Assembly: GCF_964204645.1 (NCBI RefSeq)
Contig: NC_134029.1
Location: forward strand, 6,324,001-6,388,000
Direction of reading: 5' to 3'
DNA: 64,000 bases
Source: Tubulanus polymorphus
Taxonomy: Eukaryota; Animalia; Nemertea
Both the position numbers and the translations under genes were made by a program. The stretch's first letter is position 1, and every line of letters begins with the position of its first letter. This document shows positions 22,607 to 33,164 of this stretch, piece after piece. Under the pieces are notes generated by a model, which saw only the letters and a list, made by a program, of their open reading frames with translations, did no database searches and had not been told where the DNA came from.

Positions 22607-25600
22607 ATGTCGACGACATCGAAAAATGCGAATGACAAAACTGAGCGTCAAAACGAAATGGACCAAACGAAGCGTCCTACAGCATCTCGGTTGGCCCACC
22701 GAGGGCAGTTATCTAAATACCTCAATCGTGCAGAAGAGGTCTACCAGAGCCTAAAATCCGGATCAACAGAAGTAGGCCTAGCCGAAGTTCAAGATCTGGT
22801 AGCAATCATATCATCAGCGGTCGCAAAGCTAAACCTCATCCAAGAACTAGATCAAACAATTCTCTCGTTGACGCCTGATGAAAATCTACAATCATCTATC
22901 GCAGAAGCAGATGATTTCGCATTCGAACGGATTATCGAAATACAAAAGTATAGATTCTTTATTGAAACGTTCAATAACGACACGAAACCGACGACAACGA
23001 CAACCCATCAACCGATTAACAACAAATCAAGGCAAGTCAATCTACCTAAGTTACATTTACCGACATTCAGCGGGGATTTACTACAATGGATCGGCTTTAT
23101 AGATGCATTCGAATCAGCTATCCACAACGATACCGGATTAGACGACATCCAAAAATTCCAGTATCTTCGTGCGCAACTCAGCGGAGAAGCGGCCCGATGC
23201 GTCGAGGGCTTATCACTGACCAATAACAACTACGTCGAAGCCATTGAACTCTTGAAAAACAGGTACGGACAAACTCATAAATTGATCAACGTTTATATGA
23301 AGGCATTGTGGGAATTGCCAAAACCACGCGAAAATGTACAACAGATGAAAAAGTTCTACGATGAACTGGAAGGCTATATCAGGGGTCTAAAATCTCTCGG
23401 TAAGACCGAGGAAAGCTATGGGGATCTCCTGATTCCAGTCATATTCGAGAAACTCCCATCGGGAATTAAAACTCAGATCACACGCGACCATGGTGATTCA
23501 GCATGGAATTTAACTGAATTGAAGAAAGCGTTACAGAAAGAGATTCAAGCGGGTCTGGCAGGACAAGCCATTCAAAGTGTGCTCATCAGCGATTCAGAAG
23601 ACGAAACCACAGACACGTCGTTATTAATTCATCACAGAAAACGAAATCAAACAAGCCGTCTAGACCGTAATTATAAAATTCAATGTAACTACTGCAAGAA
23701 AGACCACAAATCAAGGGATTGTCTGATCTATAACACTCTGGAAAAACGGATGGATATAGTGAAAAGAGAAAATCTCTGCCGAAATTGTTTGAGAAAAAAT
23801 CACAAAGCCAGAGATTGCAGGTCACGCTATAGCTGTTCCGTATGTTCAGATAAACACCATACATCTCTATGCGGCAAAAAACCACAATCAGCTGGTCATA
23901 ACGATCAGAACCCGCGATGCGATGACAGGCAAATGTACATCAGCGTGCTAAATTCACAAGACTCAATCACCGTATCGACGCCAGTCGTCTTAAAGACAGC
24001 TGTTGCTGAAATTACTGATGAAAAACAGCAAAACTCCGAGACCGTCAGCATATTGTTTGATGAAGGCTCGACCCGAACATGGATCACGGAGGAAACAGCC
24101 GTGAAATTAAACTTGAAACCGGAGTCGAGCGAAATACTGAATCTTTCGATCTTCGGAGATACTAAATCTAAACAAAGGAAATACGACCGGGTCAAGTTAG
24201 CCATTAAAACCGAAACTGGAGACGTGCCGATAAGCGCACTCGTAAAATCGAACATTACGACACCTATGAGTAGTCACATCAAAGATACACGTAATTTGCA
24301 TTATCTATCGGGTCTGAAACTGGCGCACCCTGTAAGCGGGAATCTTCTTTCGGGTCCGCTAAAAAATTCGAGTCACGATCGTCGTGACTACGCGAACTTT
24401 ATCCTCACCGATGATACTCATGAACGAGACCAACTCGAAAACTTTTGGAGAGTCGAAACACTCGGGATAAAACACCCGATAAACGAAGAACTTACGTTTG
24501 AAAATTACGCGACGGATTGTATCGAAATGGCGGGAAACCAATACGTTGCGCAGCTACCATGGAGGCCGGAACACCCTCCATTACCGACCAATAGACTGAA
24601 CACAGCCAACCGAACGCGAGCGATGGTCAGGAAACTAAATAACGATACCCGAAAAATCTATGATCGAATTATCGAAGATCAAATAGCGCGTGGATTCATC
24701 GAGTCGATCCACGAGGAAAACGAATCCGAAGGGCATTATATACCGCACCACTCGGTGAAGAAAGACTCAGCTACAACACCAATTCGCGTCGTCTACGATT
24801 GTAGCTTCCGTACGCGTCAGTCTCCGAGTTTAAATGACTGCCTGGAAAAAGGACCGCTACTGCTTAACGATCTTGGTTCGATCTTGATGAACTTTCGTAC
24901 ATGCGACGTTGGACTTAGTAGCGACATCGAAAAGGCCTTCCTTCAAGTGGGCCTAGCCGAGCCAGACCGGAAATTCACGAAATTTTTCTGGCTAAGCGAT
25001 CCAAACGACCCCGAAAGCAAATTCATTACGTATCAATTTAAATCTGTATTATTCGGAGCAGCGTGCTCGCCGTTTATTCTCAATGCCGTCATAAAATCAC
25101 ATTTGGACAAAGATAAGAGCACGGTAGCTAACGATATGAAATCGAGCATATACGTAGACAACGTCGTTACGTCGGTGAAAGACGAATCGACAGCAATCGA
25201 TTATTACCATAACGCGAATCGGATGATGTCCGACGCAGGATTTAAACTATGTGAGTGGACTAGTAACAACGAAAACCTCAGACATATTGCGAGTAAAGAC
25301 AACTTATTGAACGGACATGACGTTGTCAACAACCTAGAACTCCTGTGGGATGTCAATCAGGACAGGCTTAAATACAAGCAAGCGATCGAGCATAGCGAAC
25401 CAGAAATTATTACGAAGCGCGAAATCGTCAGGAGCGTGGCGAGTCTCTATGATCCGTTAGGACTGTTATCGCCGGTTCACATCAAATCAAAAATATTCAT
25501 CCAAGAATTATGGAAAGCGAATGTCTCGTGGGATGAATTATTACCAGACGAGGTGAGCAATAACTGGAAAACTTTGTACCGCGATCTACAAAATGCGAGA

Positions 25601-27829
25601 AAAATAACGATTAACCGAAAGTATTTTTCTGCGCCGTCGGAGGATACCGATACTGAGTTACATTGCTTTGTGGACGCGAGTTCACGTGGCTACGGAGCCA
25701 CCGTTTATCTACGTCAAGGGAAAAACACCGCGCTTGTCATAGCGAAAAACAGAGTTGCACCCGTTAAACAGCTCTCGTTACCGCGCCTCGAGCTAATGGC
25801 CGCCGTCGTCGGCGCCCGTTTGATCAAATATTCTTTCGATGCGCTTAATCCATGCTACAATTTCAGCAAAGCGATTATCTGGTCCGATAGCGAGATAGTC
25901 CTAAGTTGGACTAGGAGTGAAAATCGACTTCCGTGTTTCGTTCAAAATCGGGTGCACGAGATAAACTCCTTGAAGCTAAACAATCTCGATGTGGAATTGA
26001 ATTACGTACCGACTCAAGATAATCCAGCGGATCTACTAACACGCGGTATAACCACTCATCAACTGGCCAATTCAACACTATGGTGGCACGGGCCCGACTG
26101 GTTGAAAGTCGGCGATTGGCCAGTCTCGCGATTTCAAGCCGATAACAAAATTAAAACTGATGAATCTGTCGACGAGACTACCATGTCGATACAACACGAA
26201 AAGTTAGAAAAAGCGGGTATCTTAAAGATCATTGATCCGGAAAAATATGGATCGTTGACCGAACTCGTGCGTGTTACCGCTTATTTCCTCAGATATTTAC
26301 ATAATCTGAGGAATCCAGCCGATCGGGTTAGCGGGGAACTCACCGCCGATGAGATAAAAACAGCAGAAAACAAATGGGTCATGGACTTACAGAAAACATA
26401 CTTTAAATCTGAATTGAATCAATTGACAGACCAGAAACTCAAACGCGGTAACCTAATCAAACAACTGAAAATCTTTATCGATGACAGGGGACTTATTCGA
26501 TGCGGCAGTCGTGTGCAAAATTCGTCTTTACCCTACGATGCCAAATTTCCCATTCTTTTACCAGATCACCATATTACGCGTTTGATCGTGTTGTTTCACC
26601 ACAGGAGGTGTAAACATTTAAGAATCGGCGGGACTGTTACTGCTATCAGGCAAAGATACTGGATACCGAAAATTAGACAAGTCGTAAAATCAGTTCTCAG
26701 GAAATGTGTTACGTGCGCTATAGTACGAGGCTCCGCCTACTGTAGACCTATACCACCACCACTTCCAGTTTCGCGCGTTACGGATGCTCCGCCCTTTACC
26801 GGAGTAGATTATTCCGGCGAAATTTGGGTCAGAGGCACGTCTGACAAGCGCCATAAACGTTACATCTGTCTGTTTACATGCGCCACCACGCGAGCAGTCC
26901 ATCTCGAATCAGTCATTAATATGACACCTGCCGCGTTTATTCGAGCATTCCGGAGATTCGTTTCGCGTAGATCGTTACCGCATGAACTGATCAGTGACAA
27001 CGGGTCATACTTTCTAAAATCTTGCGTAGAGATAGAAGAAATCGTCAATTCGCCGATCGTCGCGAGATATATGGCGAACAATCGAATCAGATGGACATTC
27101 ATTCCCAAACGAGCCCCTTGGTTCGGGGGATTCTGGGAAAGGATGATAGGCGTAACGAAAGAATGCCTCAGAAAGATTCTCGGTAGAAGCATCGTCACGG
27201 ACGATGAATTACGAACTCTCTTGTGTGAAATTGAGGCTACGATCAACGATCGACCTCTCACGTATGTGTATAGTACGGAAGACGAGCCTCTTCCGTTATC
27301 TCCGTCACAACTGTTATGCGGTCGCCAATTAACTCTGTTGCCGTATGAGGACATTGATCTAAATGATCAGGACTTTAACGTTTCGTATACCGATATTCAA
27401 CGCCGTAATCAAACGTTGCAAGAACTTTTGAGTTCATTCAAACGACGTTGGAGCCGTGAATACTTGATAGCGCTCAGAGAACGTGCGAAACTCAACGGGA
27501 AACTCGAAAACAAAATAAAAACTGGCGACATTGTTTTAGTGCACGAGGACAACAAGAAGCGAATACACTGGCGTATGGCACTCGTCGAGAAATTAAACGT
27601 TAGCGCCGATGGACTTGTGCGATCAGCGGATATTCGAACAAGTACCGGCCGTACGAACCGACCCGTATCGAAATTATATCCGCTGGAAATTAACGCGAAA
27701 TCTGTCGATGATTCATCGGATACCGGTACGAATACCGATACAAATCAACCGAAAACGCGTGCGACCAGGCTGGCCGCAGCCAACGCTCAGCGAAAGATTA
27801 GAAATTGGACGAAATTATTGAAAGACTGA
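22607..27829 (+). CDS. BEL/Pao Gag-Pol polyprotein (Gag, 3 CCHC knuckles, aspartic protease, RT, RNase H, integrase)
   Basis: Motifs seen: LPKLHLPTFSGD (Gag); CNYC..H...C, CRNC....H....C and CSVC...HH..LC knuckles; ILFDEGSTRTWI (protease); SDIEKAFLQV and YVDN (RT); LHCFVDASS..YG and PRLEL (RNase H); GVDYSG, SDNGS and APWFGGFWER (integrase). The first ATG after the PBS is at 22607. Confidence 0.95.
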   Translation: MSTTSKNANDKTERQNEMDQTKRPTASRLAHRGQLSKYLNRAEEVYQSLKSGSTEVGLAEVQDLVAIISSAVAKLNLIQELDQTILSLTPDENLQSSIAEADDFAFERIIEIQKYRFFIETFNNDTKPTTTTTHQPINNKSRQVNLPKLHLPTFSGDLLQWIGFIDAFESAIHNDTGLDDIQKFQYLRAQLSGEAARCVEGLSLTNNNYVEAIELLKNRYGQTHKLINVYMKALWELPKPRENVQQMKKFYDELEGYIRGLKSLGKTEESYGDLLIPVIFEKLPSGIKTQITRDHGDSAWNLTELKKALQKEIQAGLAGQAIQSVLISDSEDETTDTSLLIHHRKRNQTSRLDRNYKIQCNYCKKDHKSRDCLIYNTLEKRMDIVKRENLCRNCLRKNHKARDCRSRYSCSVCSDKHHTSLCGKKPQSAGHNDQNPRCDDRQMYISVLNSQDSITVSTPVVLKTAVAEITDEKQQNSETVSILFDEGSTRTWITEETAVKLNLKPESSEILNLSIFGDTKSKQRKYDRVKLAIKTETGDVPISALVKSNITTPMSSHIKDTRNLHYLSGLKLAHPVSGNLLSGPLKNSSHDRRDYANFILTDDTHERDQLENFWRVETLGIKHPINEELTFENYATDCIEMAGNQYVAQLPWRPEHPPLPTNRLNTANRTRAMVRKLNNDTRKIYDRIIEDQIARGFIESIHEENESEGHYIPHHSVKKDSATTPIRVVYDCSFRTRQSPSLNDCLEKGPLLLNDLGSILMNFRTCDVGLSSDIEKAFLQVGLAEPDRKFTKFFWLSDPNDPESKFITYQFKSVLFGAACSPFILNAVIKSHLDKDKSTVANDMKSSIYVDNVVTSVKDESTAIDYYHNANRMMSDAGFKLCEWTSNNENLRHIASKDNLLNGHDVVNNLELLWDVNQDRLKYKQAIEHSEPEIITKREIVRSVASLYDPLGLLSPVHIKSKIFIQELWKANVSWDELLPDEVSNNWKTLYRDLQNARKITINRKYFSAPSEDTDTELHCFVDASSRGYGATVYLRQGKNTALVIAKNRVAPVKQLSLPRLELMAAVVGARLIKYSFDALNPCYNFSKAIIWSDSEIVLSWTRSENRLPCFVQNRVHEINSLKLNNLDVELNYVPTQDNPADLLTRGITTHQLANSTLWWHGPDWLKVGDWPVSRFQADNKIKTDESVDETTMSIQHEKLEKAGILKIIDPEKYGSLTELVRVTAYFLRYLHNLRNPADRVSGELTADEIKTAENKWVMDLQKTYFKSELNQLTDQKLKRGNLIKQLKIFIDDRGLIRCGSRVQNSSLPYDAKFPILLPDHHITRLIVLFHHRRCKHLRIGGTVTAIRQRYWIPKIRQVVKSVLRKCVTCAIVRGSAYCRPIPPPLPVSRVTDAPPFTGVDYSGEIWVRGTSDKRHKRYICLFTCATTRAVHLESVINMTPAAFIRAFRRFVSRRSLPHELISDNGSYFLKSCVEIEEIVNSPIVARYMANNRIRWTFIPKRAPWFGGFWERMIGVTKECLRKILGRSIVTDDELRTLLCEIEATINDRPLTYVYSTEDEPLPLSPSQLLCGRQLTLLPYEDIDLNDQDFNVSYTDIQRRNQTLQELLSSFKRRWSREYLIALRERAKLNGKLENKIKTGDIVLVHEDNKKRIHWRMALVEKLNVSADGLVRSADIRTSTGRTNRPVSKLYPLEINAKSVDDSSDTGTNTDTNQPKTRATRLAAANAQRKIRNWTKLLKD

Positions 27830-28350
27830 ACTGTGTCTGGATTATATGTATGAAACCGATGCGTAGGCTATCATTGCCTTTTTACTCGACTGTGTTTACA
27901 TCACGTGATTCTGCATGCGTGTTTACGTTAAATTCTTCGTCGGCCGCGAGGTCAAACACGTTATCGTTTTTACGCGTTTTCTGAACTTTAATCGTTTCCG
28001 ATCTTAAACAAATAACGCGTTCGCTTCGAAACTTTTCTTTACCGGAAAGGACTTGAAATATCGTTTAATCACTCTTGGTGTTGGGAATTACTTATTATTA
28101 CTATAAAGCGGATTAATGAATTTAAATGTTATTCGATACGATGTTAACTTGCTTTCTATAGATATAATATTCTTTATGTACTCATTTATTCAACACAACG
28201 CAATGTCCCTATTTCTAGCCCTTATGGCGATTCAATTTCATACGTGAAACTATTACTTAGTATAGTGATTATTAATATCTTTCAATTTAATGCGATACAT
28301 GTTATCTTAGAGTAAACTTTCAAATTCGGCGCTTACCGCCGCCCCCGGAG

Positions 28351-28562
28351 TGTCGAGAACGACATGTGTTGGTTCTCTTATATGATTCGTTGATGTCTCT
28401 CTTATATGATTGGTTGCTGTTTCGCGCCATGTGTACTATACTGTAACCCTATACTGTAGTAATAAAGTTAGATGCTGTTTAGATTCACAAAATACAACAC
28501 GCTCTTCGACTTTACTCCTTCGGATCTGGTCAACTCTCTGTGGTGATAGTCACTCCACCACA
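28351..28562 (+). repeat. 3' LTR
   Basis: Identical to the 5' LTR and followed by CATCA. Confidence 0.97.
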
Positions 28563-29536
28563 CATCAATAGACCTAAACCATACGAAGGCCCATAGGCAT
28601 CGCTTTCCACAGTGGACGCGCGAAGGCAACTGTAGACCTACACCGGGACCCTTCCCATCTGGAATCGACGTATAAGGTATTGTGATTACTTTTTAAAGTG
28701 ACCGGTTTTCGGGTAGCCTGGCCGTCTCTAAACAGGCTAAAAGAAAAGGACTGATTTAGATCGACTTTTTGTGATTTCAGGTCCACTCTTTTAAATGAAT
28801 TAGAAGCTTGCCAGTGAGTTGGATTAATAAGTGGCTATTTCCATTGATAAAAGACAAATTGGAATGATTTTGATATCTCAGAGAAAAATGATTTCGATTA
28901 AGGTTACAAGTTTGGTTGACCAACAATTTTCTTGGGGAGGACCCCTAAACCCCACGCTAGTTTGTCCCACTTTTGATGGCGCTCGCTTTTACCGCCAAAT
29001 AAATCCCGCCTTATCTAAATTCGCACCCACCCAAAAAGAGGCTGTGTAATACGGGGCTGGTCGTTTCGAGATGCATGTTAATATTTCTTTTTTTTCAGAA
29101 ATTCCAGAAAATATGTTCCCAGAACGCTTAACGCATTCGCTCGATTTGGTTTGTATAGGACGGGACTCGCAGAAACGGAACTTGTATATACAACTTTATC
29201 AAATTTCCTTTCATCAATAATCAGTGTCCATGCAGCGTGAACTTAAAGACGACGCCATACAGGTGACAGAAAGGTCGTATAGATCTAATTAAAATTGTCT
29301 TCTTTATTTATTTGAACCTTATGCCGTAGTCAAGGTGTTGTTTATGGATTTCTCTGTTCACGGTTCAAAAACTGATCTCATGAATTCCATTGTCCACTCT
29401 CTCTGCATGAGGTTTGCTTATAACTAAACTAAACCCCTGAACATCGTCATTGTTTTATTTGAACTTGGACCAAGTTTTTAGCCAAATTCTTGAACCTTAT
29501 GAAGCATGAGATCAATCCGAAGTAAACATTTTTAAA

Positions 29537-31571
29537 ATGACCGTTGCAATGAAAGGTTTACTGACACTTTGTCTGGTAAGTTTTTTTTATATGAGAAATC
29601 ATGGACGTATAAACTAGTCTAGTTTATACGTCCATGGGGAAATCAATATTTCTTGTCCGGCAAGTGAAATCAATGTGTCTAAATATTAGTTAGTGACCTA
29701 ATCGTTGGTGTGAAATAGGGTTGATAGAATATCATAAAAATATTCGATCGTGAAACTAAACCACAGACTGACGCAAATATATGTACAGTATGTGCTTAAA
29801 CGTGCTCATTTCAGGTGGTATTATCAGTTGCGCTTGTATGCGGAGGAAGACCAGCAGCTGGTAGGAAAAACAAACCTCACAAGTTCATATACGGATTTAT
29901 CAAAAGGTATAACAATCATTTTTTACATTATGAGAAATCAATATCGATTAGGTTTACGTGTCATCCAAAATTCCGCCGCGATCACGCGGAGAAAATTTGA
30001 CTCGAGTCAAATTGGCACGGATCGGGCTCGCGTTCGGTCCCGGTTCGACGGTTTTGGTCGGGCCAAATCTGGCTAGGGCCAAACAGGAACATTTGGCAAC
30101 CGTGTGAACAGTTGTTCCGGGCCAAAACGCTCGTGTGATCGCGGATAAAATAACCTTATTTGTTTCTTTCAGGCGATGTGGGGCTAAACCTCCGAAGAAC
30201 GAACAAGCAACTAACTGCGCAGAACCAGAGACTGATAGATTTTTCCTCAACGTGGACACCGATGTCTGCGAAGCTCAGAAATCATGTGGAAAGAATCTGA
30301 AACGGGGTTTCGATGATTTGAAAAGTTGCACTAGGTTTTGCATCGAGTAAGTTGAGTTTGATCGATTATCGGTATTATTTTTCTATCCTCTTGTTCTATA
30401 AGTCTTTATTCCTAAAAACTGAATGTTGAGAATTAATTTTCGCTGAACGACATGTCTTATTCTGTGTACATTATATATTGTAGATTACCGGAAAAGTTGA
30501 AAAAATGTAAAATTGCCCGTGACGCAGAAGCTGGCAAGGATGGCACGACCGGCATGCAACCTGATCAATCATGTTAGTGTGTCTTATGATTATTTTTTTC
30601 AAATGCACATCCTAGAACTACACCTGAATATCACTTTCGGTATGGTACTCCAGGTCAGGACCGATCACATGGTTCCCACAGAACAGGGAAATTGGGAAAA
30701 ACTTGGGAATTTTGAAATAATAATTCCGAGTTTGGAAATATTTGGGAATTTGAAAAATATTCCTCAAATCAGAGAAATATTTGGGAAATTCATTACATTT
30801 CACATATTGCATTTGCCAAGGGCAACTTTCTTCAGCAATTTCCCTTGAAAATCATATTTATCAACCAGTCACCGCTGAAATGTTGACTGTAGCATGACAA
30901 TATGTGTTGATTTCCATTTGGGAAAATCACCCACGAAATACTTGGGAAAAACTTCGGAATTTTGAATTCACATTACTGTGGCAACCATGCGATCAATTTC
31001 AAAAGAGTGACACAAAGTTTTGGCGTAATTGCTATCGGTTACTTCGTGTTTTCAATGAGGACACCAATTCAGCCATAACCGATTTAAGCTTAGACTTTTT
31101 CGCGAGTTTGAACCAGCAGGTGCAGAAGACCTTATTCACCGGACGTCACTGCGCGTCAGTCGGCAAGCGCAACCTGGCGGTGACTGAAGTAAGACGTCAC
31201 GGTTGGCTGCCATTGACGGACAATGCACGACGCGTGTGACATTTGTGAATAAGATTGATATTAAGATACTTAACTTGATTAGTTAGTACTTAATTAGACT
31301 ATAGTAACCGCAGTTGATAATATTAACGATTTTAATTACAGGCGAAGAATTGAAAAAGGAAATGAAAGAGCACGTAAAACAAATCGGTGCGAAGGTGATG
31401 AAACGAATTAAAGGTGGCAAAGGTTCTAAGTTAGGTGGCAAAGGCTCAAAGTTTATTAAACGAGCGAAAGCTGCACTTAAAAAGAGAGGTCCAGGTGCTG
31501 CTGATGCTACTGCTGCTACTGCTGCCGGGAAGAAGGGAAAGGGATCTAGATTTTCAAAAAGAAGGGGCTAA
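29537..31571 (+). CDS. Secreted protein: signal peptide, divergent Kunitz/BPTI-like domain, Lys/Gly/Ala-rich basic C-terminus (5 exons)
   Basis: Exons: 29537-29575 (MTVAMKGLLTLCL); 29815-29906 (VVLSVALVCGGRPAAGRKNKPHKFIYGFIK); 30173-30346 (six Cys, C-x12-C-x16-C-x5-C-x13-C-x3-C, with RFFLN and GF..LKSC..FC); 30484-~30572; 31342-31571. Splice phases are consistent. The exon 4 donor is ambiguous. Confidence 0.75.
29600..29636. mobile_element. 37-bp perfect palindrome with 7-bp TSD-like flanks (minimal P-like element)
   Basis: catggacgtataaactag-t-ctagtttatacgtccatg flanked by gagaaat and gggaaat. A half copy tagtttatacgtccatg lies at 21961-21977. Confidence 0.65.
29976..30144. mobile_element. 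GC-rich MITE-like inverted-repeat element in intron 2 of the Kunitz gene
   Basis: Ends ccgcgatcacgcg and cgtgtgatcgcgg. TSD not resolved. Confidence 0.45.
30668..30989. mobile_element. hAT-like MITE
   Basis: TIRs catggttcccacag and ctgtggcaaccatg, with internal ttgggaa(a/t) repeats. cgatca is duplicated on both flanks. Confidence 0.7.
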
Positions 31572-32393
31572 ACACATGTTTATACGTAATCAATGTAGCG
31601 ACGTAGTTTAACAATTCGGTAAGGAAACTGGATTGAGTTCGGGGATATATCGTCTATTATTATATTTATATTATATATGCATTTATCATAACTGAATGAC
31701 CAAAGTAGGATTTTGATCTCTTTTCAGCCGTGGATATGCACGCGGCCTTAGACTGGAAACTAACGGGAATCAATTAGAAAATAAGTTTGGTGTTAGCTTT
31801 ATCCGTTATTTAACCGAATAAATATGAATGATATATCCATAAATGGTTTGGCTTTTAGTTTTTTCGTGGAGTCGTGGGTACGCTCGAGAGCCTTGAACCC
31901 GATAGCTGGGGTCTAAATTCGGGGGTTCGATGCAATTTCTTTAGATTAGAGTCGGCCACAAGGCTGTCGCGGCCGTGCCGCTTGATAAGGACATCAAGGC
32001 AGCAGACCAGGCGGACAGAGGCATGGGTGTTGGGTCGTGGAACATAATTTAGCGCCGTTGGGTTTCAAAAAAAGAAAAAAGACATTTCACGAGAGTTGCC
32101 ACGTACGGCTTATCCAGTTCCGGTCCCTCGTTAACCATTCTGGCCGCAATTATGCTTTTGGAACGCGGGTTTCCTCGACGGCACATGCAGGCCCGGCAAA
32201 AGCCTCGAAGACTGAGCACGGGAAAAGCATCCCTCATAGGAAATGTGGAATGTTAGCCCAATTAATTAGATGACTATCAGACATTTTGCTAGAAATAAGT
32301 GAATCAATCAATCATAATAATAAAATATGTTCATGTAAAATATATTCTCATGTTCGAGAAGTTGAATTGGTCAGTGATGGTAAACTCAAATTT

Positions 32394-32578
32394 GCAATGG
32401 TGAATCATTTTAGTCTGACACTATAAAACGCGCCGATGCGAGTTGAAGTAAAAATAATGAATATTTTTTTGTTATTCCGGAGTCCGCAATGGTGAATCAT
32501 TTTAGTCTGACGCTATAAAACGCGCCGATGCGAGTTGAAGTAAAAATAATGAATATTTTTTTTGTTAATCCGGAGTCC
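32394..32578. repeat. Recent ~92-bp tandem duplication
   Basis: gcaatggtgaatcattttagtctgac...ccggagtcc occurs twice with about 3 differences. Confidence 0.9.
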
Positions 32579-33164
32579 GTGTTTTATATATTCAAGGCCG
32601 GTTACGTGTTTTATTATTCTGACTGTCACGACCATGGCGAATTGCATCTAATGCTAACCTAAAGTTATTGAATTGAATTTAAGCTATTTTCGCTTTTAAA
32701 CTCCGCATAAAGGATTTAGAATAAAATCTAGGAGCCTAATTTATTTGTAATGGCACTATGCACAAAAGCCTGCGGTGTATCAAAATCGTTATCAAATCTT
32801 CTTATTAGAATCAAACAAAAACCAAGATTACGGTACGAGGAAATCCCACCCGGCAAATTCAATTAATATTTATTGATCCAGTAGTATAGTATTACGCAAC
32901 TAGAAAAAGATGTATTGCATTTTTGTGCACTATCTTGTAGCGTTATTCAGTGAAATGCATAAAATTTTCATAAATCATAAATCAATATGTCCATTTGTCC
33001 ATATGTCCATAAATCAATGTCCATTTATTTTTGTGTGACGTGTCGCTCTTATGGATATTTTAATTTATCTAATATTCTTAATTTTTTGAACGCACTCCTT
33101 AATTTGGTCGTCATGTGACTAGTGATACTGTGCAGTCTCAATAAACCGTACATTATACTGTCAG

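Larger units (their letters stand above)
22374..28562 (+). mobile_element. BEL/Pao LTR retrotransposon with both LTRs, recent insertion
   Basis: TG..CA LTRs at 22374-22585 and 28351-28562 (212 bp, identical by eye), with a 5-bp TSD CATCA on both sides. A PBS follows the 5' LTR, cgcccccggag precedes the 3' LTR, and there is a single gag-pol ORF. Confidence 0.97.

Noticed and set aside
26860-27354. 164-aa minus-strand ORF
   Set aside because: Antisense shadow of the integrase coding region.
27830-28350. Possible env or extra ORF in the BEL element
   Set aside because: AT-rich with no ORF of useful length.
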